From: Antedon mediterranea
Lineage: Eukaryota; Animalia; Echinodermata
Direction of reading: 5' to 3'
NCBI RefSeq assembly: GCF_964355755.1
Contig: NC_092673.1
Coordinates: 23,557,648 to 23,621,647 of the forward strand
Length of the DNA stretch: 64,000 nt
This document shows positions 53,564 to 64,000 of this stretch, piece by piece (the first letter of the stretch is position 1; each line of letters begins with the position of its first letter). The notes under the pieces are model-generated. The model was not told where the DNA came from and did no database searches. It saw only the letters and a list, made by a program, of their open reading frames with translations. The position numbers and the translations under genes are program-made.

Positions 53564-56500
53564 GTAAGTACCAACAACTCTCTTTTCATTTTTTTCATTT
53601 CATTATTTTTTATTTAACTTGTTTTATATTTATGAGGTTTATAAAGTATATATTGGTGTTAAAGCAATACTTTTAACTCAATTTCCAAATAAATTAAAAT
53701 CAAATGACATAGATTATTTAAATTCAAATTGTTACGGGATCTTTTAATTATCAATAATATGTAATATTTTTGCCTCTTATTTAATTTTGCCTCTTTATTT
53801 CAGTAAAATAAGCGTTACTCTATTTTTGTAATAAATCGATATTGGATTTTCAGTACAGTCAGCATGGCATTGAACTTCGAAACAAATGTTTTTGGAGTCA
53901 ACTTTAGTTATTGTACGTCATCAGACATGCCTTGTAGACATTATAAATCTATATTTGGTTACAGTAAAAATCAATGGTGGTCAATAGAGAATAACAATTA
54001 TTGAATAGTTATGACGGCCAAATATTTATAAATATCATTAAATTTTTTTTTCTTATTTCTTGTTTTACTATTGATGACCAAAATTATTTTTCATTTTTTT
54101 CTTTTGTTACCAAAGATAAATGATATGTTAACGGAAGACAGTATGAAAAGATATTTTAGTGTTTCTTCACTTGACGAAGGTAAATAATTGGGTATTTGAA
54201 ATAACCTGGCAATAATACTGTAGTGATTTTGTATTAAGGACGTTTCGACTGGTCATTTACCGGTCATTTACTGATCACTTACTGGTCATTTTTATTTCCG
54301 CATGATCTTAGATTAATATAGACCCCATGCATGGTTACATGGGTTATCCACATTACTAGAAATTTAACACATTAGAAAATAGTTCGATGAAAGTGTAATT
54401 TTTGGTAATAGTTTATTCTTTAATTACTGAATTTTAATAGTTTTATGTACATTCAGACTGTATTTGATTTCAATTGTCATTTCGATTTAAATTATTTTCA
54501 GGTAATTTTGAATAAATTGAATTGAATTGAAATCCTAATATCAATATATTACAACGTTTTGTTTTAGTACCAGAATATGAAATTATCGGAACATCGCATG
54601 GACGCCGCAGACGATCAATAGATGGCAGTGAATACCCTGACCAACACGAGGTCAAGTTTACAGCTTTTGGCGAGGATTACCATATTAAACTGTGGAAGAA
54701 TAAAGCCCTTATTCCCCCTGGTACCTTTGCCGAGTATGCGTATGCAAACGGCACAGTGGTAAAAAAGCCCTTGGTAAATCATTGTCACTATCTCGGAGAG
54801 GTGCATTCACACGATGGTTCAAGAGCAGCAATTAGCACATGTAAAGGATTGGTAGGTAGCATTTAAAATTAATATAGTTGATCCATTGCTCGTTATATAC
54901 ATTAAAGCTTGGTTCCCACAACGCAAGAACGTAGGCTCAAGGTAAGTAAGTAGACCAATCACAAGGGACTGTCCAGACGATCCATCGCGTCGTGATTGTC
55001 TCTGTGGGGGTGGGGGATGGGTTAACCAAGATTAAGAACCTATGTATTTTCTTTACAATTGGCCAAATCCAATCAAACATCAAGCTCATTTTCTTTTGGC
55101 AATAATCAAACATACGCTAAAATAAAAACAGTAGGCCTATGTGTGTACTTCCCTTGCATGTTATTAGTGTGAGTGAGTGTGGCCGAGCGGTGAAGACAGT
55201 GGAACTGAAATCCATAGCCATAACATTGGCAAGGGTTCGAGGCTCACTCGTGGTGGTAGAACAAGTCTTCTCGGATAAGGACTATAAACCGTAGGTCCAG
55301 TGTACATGTGGCTCATGTGCACTTTAAAGAACCTAGTACATCTTTCGAGACGAGTAGGGGGTTACTCCGGTGTACTAGTTCATTTATACACACACACTGT
55401 CGTATTGGCGCCGTAGTTGGCTGCCGATGTCACAATTGGACCCTTAGTGGAGCAGTAGCCTTCAACTATGAAGTTTGCTCCTTAAAATAGAAGAAGAAGA
55501 AGTAGTTTCTAAAAGTCATAAAGCACGAAACAGCAAAATAATTAAACACTTCGTTTTGTTTTAATCAGTCTGGAATGTTCAGCCATGGAGATTCCGATGT
55601 GTATATACAACCTTTACAAGAAGATCATGCAGAAAAACTTCGACAGAGGAGGGACATTGAAAATCCTCATGTAATCTACAGAAGATCAGCAGGAGATATA
55701 CCAAACGGCGAAACAGAAGAAACTAGAGAAATGAAAAAGCATGTTTGTGGTAACGATAAAAGTAAGAATATAATAAGAATTGAATGAATAAACATTAAAA
55801 TTAAGTATATTTAAACCTTTGATCTAAACACTGCTATACTTTTTTAGCTGGACGACCCATTTCCCACTTCCAAAAGAAAGTTGACGGTTGAGAATGTCCC
55901 AACGTTTCAGTTGATAACCGTCTTCTTCTGATTATAACTGGGCCCTCTGGGAGACCAGTCTTTGACTGAAGAGGTCGCCCAGTATAAATAAAATATTTCA
56001 ATTCAATTTAATTCTTGAGAATATAGGCAAGTTAAGATGAACGTCAATACATTCTCAACCATACTTTATTTCCTTTTGTAAACACATAGTGTACCGCTAA
56101 CCTAAATTTACATATTATTATAATAACGATATTTCATCAATATTAGAATACTACCACGACGAGAATAATCAGAACGAGATGGCAGAATCAGCGAGAGAGT
56201 TTGTTGGCAGTGACGACGAAAAGAAAGCAACACGAACAAAAAGACAGACATCCGGCCGTCATTTAGAACTGCTCGTAGTTACAGATTGGGAAATGAGGTT
56301 ATATCATGGTGCCGAATTAGAAGACTACACATTGACACTTATGAATATCGTGAGTACATTGTTTAAAATTAAACCACGTCAAACAGCTAAATCGCTATAA
56401 AATTCTGAAGAAAAAAACGTTGAAAGTTATGTCCAAGCCAACACGTATATAGAGCCGATAGAACAGCCGATTTTCAGTTTGTCTGACATTGCAGGTAGGC

Positions 56501-59345
56501 CTACAGCACCGAGAATCGGCTGTTGCAAAGACATAAATAAATATCAATACCGTGTAATGAGTAAACACTCAATATTCATTTAATAAATAAAAAAATCAAT
56601 TTATTGTAGGTTGCCGGTCGATATGCAGATCCGTCAGTTGGAACAAGAGTCAATCTTTACATTACACGTTTTATTTTATTTGATGCACCCACAGTAAGTA
56701 CGATTTGTTTTTCCAGAATGTTATAAATATTAATAATAATAAGAATAATTAATGTGTACGACATGGACTGTTTTGACAAAGTCTATTGTGTTTCTTCTTT
56801 ATTTATTATAAATTATTACATTGGCATAATATACTTCACAACATCTAATATATTATACGAATTTAACAATCTGGGACAATAATGTAATAATGACTAACCA
56901 ACAAGATAATTTCTAAACACCAACGTTACAACAACAAAATTATATTTTAGATTCAGGTAGAAATCCCAAATGGCGGAACGGCGTCTCTAGACGTTACACA
57001 ACAAGCAGAACATACTTTGCCGAAGTTCTGTGATTTTCAAAGGCTAATTAACCCAGCGTCGGATAGTGACCCTACACATTGGGATAACGCTCTGCTTATC
57101 AGCAGGTAAATGCTCTATACATTGTTTTTACCAGTATCTTTACCTTATCTCTTCACGGTGTCGTCATCACCAAGATCGCCTTCACTTTTTTTTTAATAAA
57201 TGAAATGTAATCATTTTTACAGAATGTAATTGAAACTGTTACTTTTTCTTTTTTTAATGATTATATAACATACGTTTTGCGCTATTCATAGATTTAACCT
57301 GGAGCTGTATGGTAACAACAACCTTCTTGGAATAGCAAGATTGTGGGGGGCCTGTACAGGATACAATCAATGTTCTCTGAATGAAGAATCTGGGCTGGCC
57401 TCCGGACTGACTATCACCCACGAAATAGGACATAAGTAAGTAGTTGGATGGTTCTTGCAAAATTCGTCTTGATTCCTAGGCCTACACGGCGTTGTCTTAT
57501 AAGAATAGGTCTACAGATATTTCTTATATAATTTAGTTTAAATTTAATTTTCTCTACAGTCTTGGGGTAAATCATGATGATGGAAACCAATGTCAAGATA
57601 ATGTTAACATCATGGGATCTTCTAGAGTCGCTGGACCTGGTTCACATAACTGGTCAACTTGCAGCAAAGATCAGCTAAATAATTTTTTCGGGTAGGTTAT
57701 TTTATTATTTCCTTAATATCCCAATATTTTATGTGCTTTTCTTTGTTGGTCATGCAAAGGTTATATGATGTATTTTTTATTATTAATTTATTAATTAATT
57801 ATTAATTAATTATTTATTTATTAATTAATTTATTAATTTATTAATTATCAAAACAGTAACCTTTATATATGGTTCAACAATCATTACAATTCCGTGATGC
57901 AGTGATTTGCCTCATTACAGAGGAGAGGAGATAAGGAGTTTTATATTTTGATTCCCTGACTTTCTGCAGTGAAGAAAAATCTATTTACACTGCCTGTCTA
58001 CACTAAATCTTCCTAAAACATATTTTGTAATAAGTATACAATATTGAATTATCAGATTTTTTAAAAACTTTTGTACATTTTAATGCTGCAATATATATTA
58101 TCCTGAATATCATGGTTTTCAATTTTAAAGTTCCTCAAATGGTGCTTGCACAAGAGATGTACCGAGTAGCAATTTGAATTTAGCTCAACCAATCACCAAT
58201 GATCTACCAGGACTACGATACTCTGCGGACAGGCAGTGTGAACTGGTATTTGGTTCCACATATAAGGAATGTGAACGCAACCCCTATCCACAAAATGTAA
58301 GTATATCTACAATTGTGTATATGTAAATGTGTATGGCGTTTGTTGAGCAATATTCACACTTGTCACTGAATGGAAGAGGACAAATATTTATTGTTATGTT
58401 CTATCTTCTTAATTTTAGGGTGAATGTGCGTATCTGTGGTGTGCTTTACCAGGTTCATTTAACTGTTTTAGTAGTGGATCTGCCAAAATGGACGGAACAT
58501 CTTGCGGCTACGAACAAGTAAGCATTATAGCCATTATAGCCACATCGAATCAAAATAAGATGCATCTTTGTTAAATGTTAACGTATGTCGGTTTTTTCCG
58601 ATGTAACTGCGCTTATTGGCGCCCTTGGTATATCATTCTAGCGCTGTCGCTGTAGGTCTATTTAATAAAAGCAATTCTTACAATAGATGCCACACAATTT
58701 CAAAGAACGTTTGAAATTGTTTTAAGCATTTTCCCTTTGTCGAAGTTATTCATCCCTATAATTAAAATTAATGTGTTTATTCTCAGATTTGTAAGCAAGG
58801 AAGCTGTGAGTATGGTGCGGATGTTGCACCAACTCCAGTCGACGGAGGTTGGAGTCCATTTCAACCCACTTACGGAGAATGCAGTCGTCCGTGTGGGGGC
58901 GGTGTTCAATACAAATATAGATTCTGTAATAATCCAGCGTAAGTCACATTTTAAATGTTGATATAATTTTGTTTTCCATTCTTTATTATACATAATTGAT
59001 AATGTTAACATAAAAAAAATAAGAAGCAAATATATATATGTTTATAATTACAAGAATTAGGCTAAATCGCTCATTTTTCTATATTTTTATTGTGTAGACC
59101 TATTGATTTTTATTTCTATCATCATTTTAATTATTCATAACGATATTTCTAACATAGACCTGCCTATGGAGGTGAAGAATGCCAAGGCGATAGATACATG
59201 TCAAGAATATGCAATTCAGAACCATGCGAAACCGCCACTCAAGAGGACTTCAGAAATGAACAGTGCGCTTCGACAAACAATGTGTTATTCAATAACCAAT
59301 TTCTAGAGTGGAAAGGATTCACGATTGACAAAACAGGTACGGTTA

Positions 59346-59376
<31 letters not shown>

Positions 59377-62300
59377 GTTATTATTATTATTATGTCATGC
59401 ACAATTTACGCATTTGAGTTTGAGTTTGTGAGAGGCTGAGATAATAGTCGGTCGATGCCACGGTATCATGTTTTTATGACGATACACATTCTGCAGTGCC
59501 GCTGTGGCTGCTGGCGGCAAGAAGCACATATCGTAGCAGCATCATCGTATCATTATTAAAATCATCATCATCAACATCGACATCGTCATCATCATCGTCA
59601 CATTGAATAAGAGCATTAATTTAGTAAATCAATAACAATACACTATTTATTTTGACAGATGACGATTTATGCAACTTTCTATGTACTTCCACGACGGGTT
59701 TCAACGTAGTACAAAGTCGTGGTGACTATTTTATTGACGGTACCAGGTGTGATGTCGATCAGCCTAATAGTAACAAATATTGTGTCATGGGCAAATGTAT
59801 TGTAAGTAGGCTTACAATCGTTTTGTGTAAATTTACTTGGTACATTGCACAAAATTTTAAGAATATAACATGGAGGATTTTTGTTTTTAATCATTAGGAA
59901 TTTGGCTGTGATGGCGAACCATATTCAAATGCTATATACGATAAGTGCGGTGTCTGTCGAGGAACAGGAGTAATCTGTAGCGGACATTCCGGCACATTTA
60001 CAAGGACATCTCCGCCTATTTCAAGTAAGAGTTTTCTTTTATCTTTACTGTTGAAATCTAAACAAAATGTTGAATTCCTTCTTATTTCCAAAGCAATATT
60101 ACGGATCTTTTAAACCAACAAATTATTAAAATTATTTTTGTTCTTCTTCTGCAGCATACTTCAAGATATTAACTATTGCGGTCGGGGCCACGTCTGTAAA
60201 GATCATCACCAATCTCAATAACAACGGTCATATTGGTAAGTTATGAAATGATTAGTATCATATTATACATTTATTGTCCTAATTCCGGGGCGCCATATTC
60301 AAGCTGTCACGTTACATACAACTTTACGCAATAAATAAAAAGTATTCACATTTTTGGAATTAATCACAACGTTTTTTGTTGTTGTAATACCATAATAGGT
60401 CTACTGTATTCTTGTCTACTGTATTCTTGTTTACCGGTATTTTGTTTAGATACAGCAGGCCTAGTAACAAGTATTCAAATTTTTGAAATAAATCAGAATA
60501 ACAACGTTATTTTTGTTATAAGTAATAACATATAGGTCTACTGTTTTCTTGTTTACCAGTACTTTTTTAGTACAGCAGTAAAAAGTATTCATCACTTTAT
60601 GTTAAATATGTAATATATTCTTATTTCAGCTCTTAAAATAAACAATCAATACATCATTGGTGGTGATGGTGCTCTTCCAGCGCAAAGGGAGTACAAACAC
60701 GATTCCCAATCCTTCTATTACGATAGAAGCAATGGAGAATCTATCACTATTCCCGGACCGACAACCAGTATTGTTGAGATCGATGTGTACACGTTTAGTT
60801 ACTCTGATACCCAGGTGAACTGGGAGTATTACCTACCAAATGGTGTAAGCCCAATAGATCCAGAGCCAGAAGGTCCAACTTATCAATGGACCGCGAATGA
60901 GTATACAGAATGTTCTGCAACGTGTGGACACGGTATGGAACCAGTTTATGGCATCAGTTGTGAATTGTTTGCAATAACACGCAAATGTCCATCTTAATCT
61001 TGACCCCTATCGATTTGTTCTTTCTCTGACTATCTTTAAGTCATGTGGCCTCTGATCGCTTTACTCAAGTGCCACCTACAGATCAACTGTGCAATCATTC
61101 TGTAGATATGTCAGTAGATCTCATAATAACTATTTTAAAAAAATCTTTCAAAATTGCTCTAATACTGACTTATATGTGTCATGATTTGACATGATATTTC
61201 TTTTCTGTATGTGTAGGCCAAATAACAAGAATTGTAGCCTGTACTCAAAACAATGGTGTGAAAGTTGACGATTCATTTTGTAATGGGCAATCACGACCAA
61301 GTGAACTCATAGTAAACTGTTTCATCGCTTCCTGTGTATCAACCTATCAATGGTCTACCACAAACCAATTCACAGAATGCTCAGTAACCTGTGGAGTGGG
61401 TATGTAACTTTTCATTAGTAGTTATAATTTGCAGATACTGCAGTACGACTGTAATTTTCCAGGTATCATAGGCTCATTCCGTAATACAATGTCACAAGTG
61501 ATGCCTGTATCATAGTACACATATGTGGCACTGTATTATGTAACTCGCCTATGATACTAGACAATGCCAGGTGTAGAGATACAGACATGTATTATTAAAC
61601 ACCATTGTTGTAATAATAATAATAATATTTATTCGGCAAAAGTTCAGTTCATAAAGTACATTTTACAATTCATCTTGCCAGGAGCCCAAACAGAAAACTG
61701 CTCTTACTCCATCATTACTTATAAAATACAAAAATAACAAAACTAAGTAGCACAAATTAAGTCAAAATAAAACAAAACAAAGTTATAATGAGATACACCA
61801 ATTAAAAATAAGCTGCATTGAATAAACAATATAAACAATTACAACTTAATATTTTGAGATCAAATGTTTGATGAGTTGGGCTTTAAAGTCTGAAATTGTA
61901 GCACATTGTTTAATTTCATTGGGAAGTTGCTCCCATAATCTAGGGAAAATAACAAACGATGAATTTAAAAATGTATTGGTCTTTGTCTTCCAATGTATTA
62001 ACCGCCCTTCACACCTCTCACTTGATCTCACAAACTCATTAAAGGATGATGGACAGAGGCCATGCATTATTTTAAAACCTAATGTGAGTCTATACACTTT
62101 ATATATATCTTCAATACTTAAAATATTTAGGGTCTTTAACCTATATAAATATGAAGTGTCCCAATTTCCTTCTTTGTATACGGTTTGGATGTCTTTAACG
62201 GAACCATTCTCTTTCCTATACCTTATCATTAATACATTTTAATTGCGTAGGCCAAAGAACAAAAGAAATAGTATGTACTGTTGGAAACGATGGTGAGCAG

Positions 62301-64000
62301 GTTCAAGATTCCTATTGCAATGGCCAATCACCTCCAATTCCAGTCACCGAAAGTTGCAACCTTGGTGATTGTGTCCAACCAGCAACCTACTATTGGGATA
62401 CCAAAAACCAATTTACAGAATGTTCTGCAACATGTGGACAAGGTGTGTACAGGAAGTCATAATGTATTTAACTGAATACCTTTATTATGTATATGTATAT
62501 ATGTTTGGCGCTGTCCTGTACTGCGACGCTTTTACAACTTTTGCTCCTCATTGCAGCAGCACATTAATTCATTATGTAGTTCCTGACTACAATGTATAGC
62601 TACTGGGTTAGCTTAAATATCTATGATGGGCATTCAATTGTTTTTTTTACGATGTGACAATCAACATGTTTAATATGTTTTATTTCTAGGAACAAGAACA
62701 AGAGTAGTAGTATGTACACGCAATGACGGCTCAGAAGTTGACGATTCTTTCTGCAATGGACAATCACGTCCAACAATCACTGAAAACTGTAACATCGCTG
62801 ACTGCCCACAATGGTTTACTAAAAACCAGTTCACAGAATGCTCAGTAACTTGTGGACAAGGTAGGTTAAATTGCATCATTCAGCTCTGTCTACACTATCA
62901 AACTAGTTTGACGAAAAAAGTGTGACACATTTTTGTGTCACATAAAGTTTATAGTATAGACAGAGCTTTATTGAAGGATTGAAGGAATAAAGTCATTCGG
63001 TAGACGGATATTGGCAAATTACATTAAAAATTGTATGGAAACGACCGGGACGGTTTAATGTCCCTGTAGTAGAAGTAGGGTATCAAACTAATAGCCCGTG
63101 TGGTCAAAGACAATTACAAGAGAAACTAAAAGAGCAGCTTCCTATTCATATACACACATACTACTAGCCCTATAGCAAATATATAGGGATTACATTTCGA
63201 GACGTTTACCTCTTTTAAATATAGATATTATTTTTGTGTACAGTTCACAATGCATAATTGTTCTACATAGTAATAGTATAACTGAAAATATTTGTCAAAT
63301 TCGGGAAATACGATACATTACTTAATTTGCAGGTACAAGATCCAAAATAATCGTGTGTTTGGGAAGCGACAACGTTGAAGTTCATGGAACAAATTGTAAT
63401 TCTCAACCACGTCCTACAGAAATTACCGAAGTCTGCAATGAAGCCGATTGTTCAAATTATCCTGGAATGTAAGTAATATAATTACGTTTTGTGCCGAATA
63501 ATTTCCTTTTAGATTAACACTCTGACGTTTGAACACACGGGACAAAGAGACACAACTCCCACATGGACGCAGCGCGACAACGTAGATGTTACACGTGTCG
63601 TGACTGATCAAGTTACTTGATGCGCTAATGTACATTGCGTGGAAGTTGTGTATTTTTAAAAGCACACTGTGTTTAAAAGATGCAGAAGTAACAATAAAAT
63701 ATTGTTTATGTCAGAACGCACAGAGGGTGAGAATTCGAATCGATTGATACCGCTCCCTCTGGTACAATAACCATTTCATAAACTAACATTCTATACTTTG
63801 TCTTTTATAGATTTTACGCTGGAAATTATGGCAGTTGTAGCAAAACGTGTGGTGGTGGAGTCCAAACTAGAGGATTATTTTGCGTGCAACAAATTAGTTT
63901 TACCTACAGTTTGGTGGATGAAAGTAACTGTGATCCGAATACCAAACCCATGCAACAGAGAAATTGTAATGAAGACCCGTGTACTAGTGACCAAGGCGTG
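53492..64000 (+). CDS. ADAMTS: ADAMTS-family zinc metalloprotease with thrombospondin repeats (ADAMTS13-like catalytic and Cys-rich domains); spliced, continues beyond the window
   Basis: 22 GT-AG exons join in frame: signal peptide, prodomain, furin site RTKR, M12B catalytic domain with HEIGHNLGVNHD and Met-turn (NIM), disintegrin-like domain, TSP1, Cys-rich domain, spacer and multiple C-terminal TSP1 repeats. Confidence 0.95.
54116..54179 (+). CDS. ADAMTS exon 2 (prodomain start)
   Basis: INDMLTEDSMKRYFSVSSLDE; polypyrimidine tract plus AAG acceptor, G|GTAAAT donor; links phase 0 to phase 1. Confidence 0.75.
54568..54851 (+). CDS. ADAMTS exon 3 (prodomain)
   Basis: VPEYEII...RRRRS...FTAFGEDYHIKLWKN...HCHYLGEV...AAISTCKGL, typical M12B propeptide motifs. 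Confidence 0.9.
54906..55030. mobile_element. Degenerate GCTTGGTTCCCA-family MITE (ADAMTS intron 3)
   Basis: AGCTTGGTTCCCACAACGCAAG...GACCAATCACAAG...AACCAAG. Confidence 0.55.
55175..55502 (+). mobile_element. tRNA-derived SINE with Deu/Nin-type central domain (ADAMTS intron 3)
   Basis: A box TGGCCGAGCGG and B box GGTTCGAGGC, then CGGATAAGGACTATAAACCGTAGGTCC...TTAAAGAACC...GAGTAGGGGGTTACTCCGGTGT (Deu-domain-like) and a (GAA)n tail. Confidence 0.8.
55569..55761 (+). CDS. ADAMTS exon 4 (prodomain)
   Basis: SGMFSHGDSDVYIQPL...PHVIYRRS...HVCGNDK. Confidence 0.9.
56147..56349 (+). CDS. ADAMTS exon 5 (furin site, catalytic domain start)
   Basis: RTKR|QTSGRHLELLVVTDWEMRLYHGAELEDYTLTLMNI; GTGAGT donor. 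Confidence 0.92.
56610..56693 (+). CDS. ADAMTS exon 6
   Basis: VAGRYADPSVGTRVNLYITRFILFDAPT; GTAAGT donor. Confidence 0.9.
56951..57105 (+). CDS. ADAMTS exon 7
   Basis: ...TLPKFCDFQRLINPASDSDPTHWDNALLISR; an alternative in-frame acceptor at 56957 is possible. Confidence 0.88.
57292..57435 (+). CDS. ADAMTS exon 8 (HExxH)
   Basis: FNLELYGNNNLLGIARLWGACTGYNQCSLNEESGLASGLTITHEIGH. Confidence 0.93.
57560..57691 (+). CDS. ADAMTS exon 9 (third zinc His, Met-turn)
   Basis: NLGVNHDDGNQCQDNVNIMGSSRVAGPGSHNWSTCSKDQLNNFF. Confidence 0.93.
58131..58296 (+). CDS. ADAMTS exon 10 (disintegrin-like)
   Basis: GACTRDVP...LPGLRYSADRQCELVFG. Confidence 0.92.
58419..58517 (+). CDS. ADAMTS exon 11
   Basis: GECAYLWCALPGSFNCFSSGSAKMDGTSCGYEQ. 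Confidence 0.92.
58787..58938 (+). CDS. ADAMTS exon 12 (central TSP1)
   Basis: ICKQGSC...VDGGWSPF...ECSRPCGGGVQYKYRFCNNP. Confidence 0.92.
59158..59336 (+). CDS. ADAMTS exon 13
   Basis: PAYGGEECQGDRYMSRICNSEPC...DFRNEQC. Confidence 0.92.
59659..59801 (+). CDS. ADAMTS exon 14 (Cys-rich, RGD)
   Basis: DLCNFLC...SRGDYFIDGTRC...YCVMGKCI. Confidence 0.92.
59898..60024 (+). CDS. ADAMTS exon 15
   Basis: EFGCDGEPYSNAIYDKCGVCRGTGVICSGHSGTF. Confidence 0.92.
60155..60235 (+). CDS. ADAMTS exon 16 (spacer)
   Basis: YFKILTIAVGATSVKI, typical spacer start; phase 1-1. Confidence 0.88.
60630..60932 (+). CDS. ADAMTS exon 17 (spacer plus start of TSP1-2)
   Basis: ALKINNQYII...ESITIPGPT...YQWTANEYTECSATCG. 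Confidence 0.9.
61217..61399 (+). CDS. ADAMTS exon 18 (TSP1)
   Basis: GQITRIVAC...VDDSFCNGQSRP...NQFTECSVTCG. Confidence 0.9.
61608..62232 (-). mobile_element. 5'-truncated CR1/L2-group LINE in ADAMTS intron 18
   Basis: Minus ORF 61846-62229 ends FPRLWEQLPNEIKQCATISDFKAQLIKHL, a CR1/L2-group ORF2 C-terminus. It is followed by a 3' UTR, AATAAA and a (TTA)n tail near 61610-61633. Confidence 0.85.
62251..62442 (+). CDS. ADAMTS exon 19 (TSP1)
   Basis: GQRTKEIVC...DSYCNGQSPP...NQFTECSATCG. Confidence 0.9.
62690..62860 (+). CDS. ADAMTS exon 20 (TSP1)
   Basis: GTRTRVVVC...VDDSFCNGQSRP...NQFTECSVTCG. Confidence 0.9.
62883..62967. mobile_element. Small MITE (AGCTCTGTCTACACTATCAAACT TIR)
   Basis: Inverted termini AGCTCTGTCTACACTAT / ATAGTATAGACAGAGCT. 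A related half-element lies at about 43305-43425. Confidence 0.65.
63333..63468 (+). CDS. ADAMTS exon 21 (TSP1)
   Basis: GTRSKIIVC...NCNSQPRP...CNEADC. Confidence 0.88.
63811..64000 (+). CDS. ADAMTS exon 22 (TSP1, cut by the window end)
   Basis: GNYGSCSKTCGGGVQTRGLFC...VDESNC...CNEDPC. Confidence 0.88.

Noticed and set aside
55175-55250. tRNA gene
   Set aside because: A and B boxes are present but there is no complete cloverleaf, and it continues into a SINE body and tail.
55895-55935. Penelope-type hammerhead ribozyme on the minus strand (CAGAAGAAG...GAAACGTT)
   Set aside because: The core reads CAGAAGA rather than CUGANGA and the stems are not convincing. Possibly a decayed retroelement end.
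61868-62242. 124-aa plus-strand ORF
   Set aside because: Antisense shadow of the LINE ORF2 fragment.

Overview
AT-rich (roughly 30% GC by eye) animal genomic DNA with spliceosomal introns. It is probably a marine invertebrate deuterostome such as an echinoderm; that assignment is inference. I find three + strand genes. (1) A single-coding-exon secreted prepropeptide at 20107-20601. It releases three related, non-amidated, disulfide-ring peptides of the form W...C[RK]Gx2-3CxxGW between basic cleavage sites, and has a candidate TATA/first exon at about 9718-9780. (2) A second single-coding-exon prepropeptide at 44549-44881: signal peptide, acidic pro-region, KR, then a 28-aa Arg/Pro-rich C-terminal peptide. 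Its candidate TATA/first exon is at about 29913-30035. (3) A spliced ADAMTS metalloprotease from 53492 past the window end, with 22 exons traced in frame. It has ADAMTS13-like signatures (HLELLV, RFxLEL, RGD at the ADAMTS13 position) but a full-length prodomain and duplicated TSP1 exons. The rest is intron and intergenic DNA holding MITEs (Harbinger-, Mutator-, Kolobok- and P-like), Deu-domain tRNA SINEs, LINE 3' fragments (L2/CR1, Rex1), Helentron-like modules and tandem repeats. The best candidate for an undescribed system is the pair of orphan neuropeptide-like precursors, especially the cyclic GW peptides.
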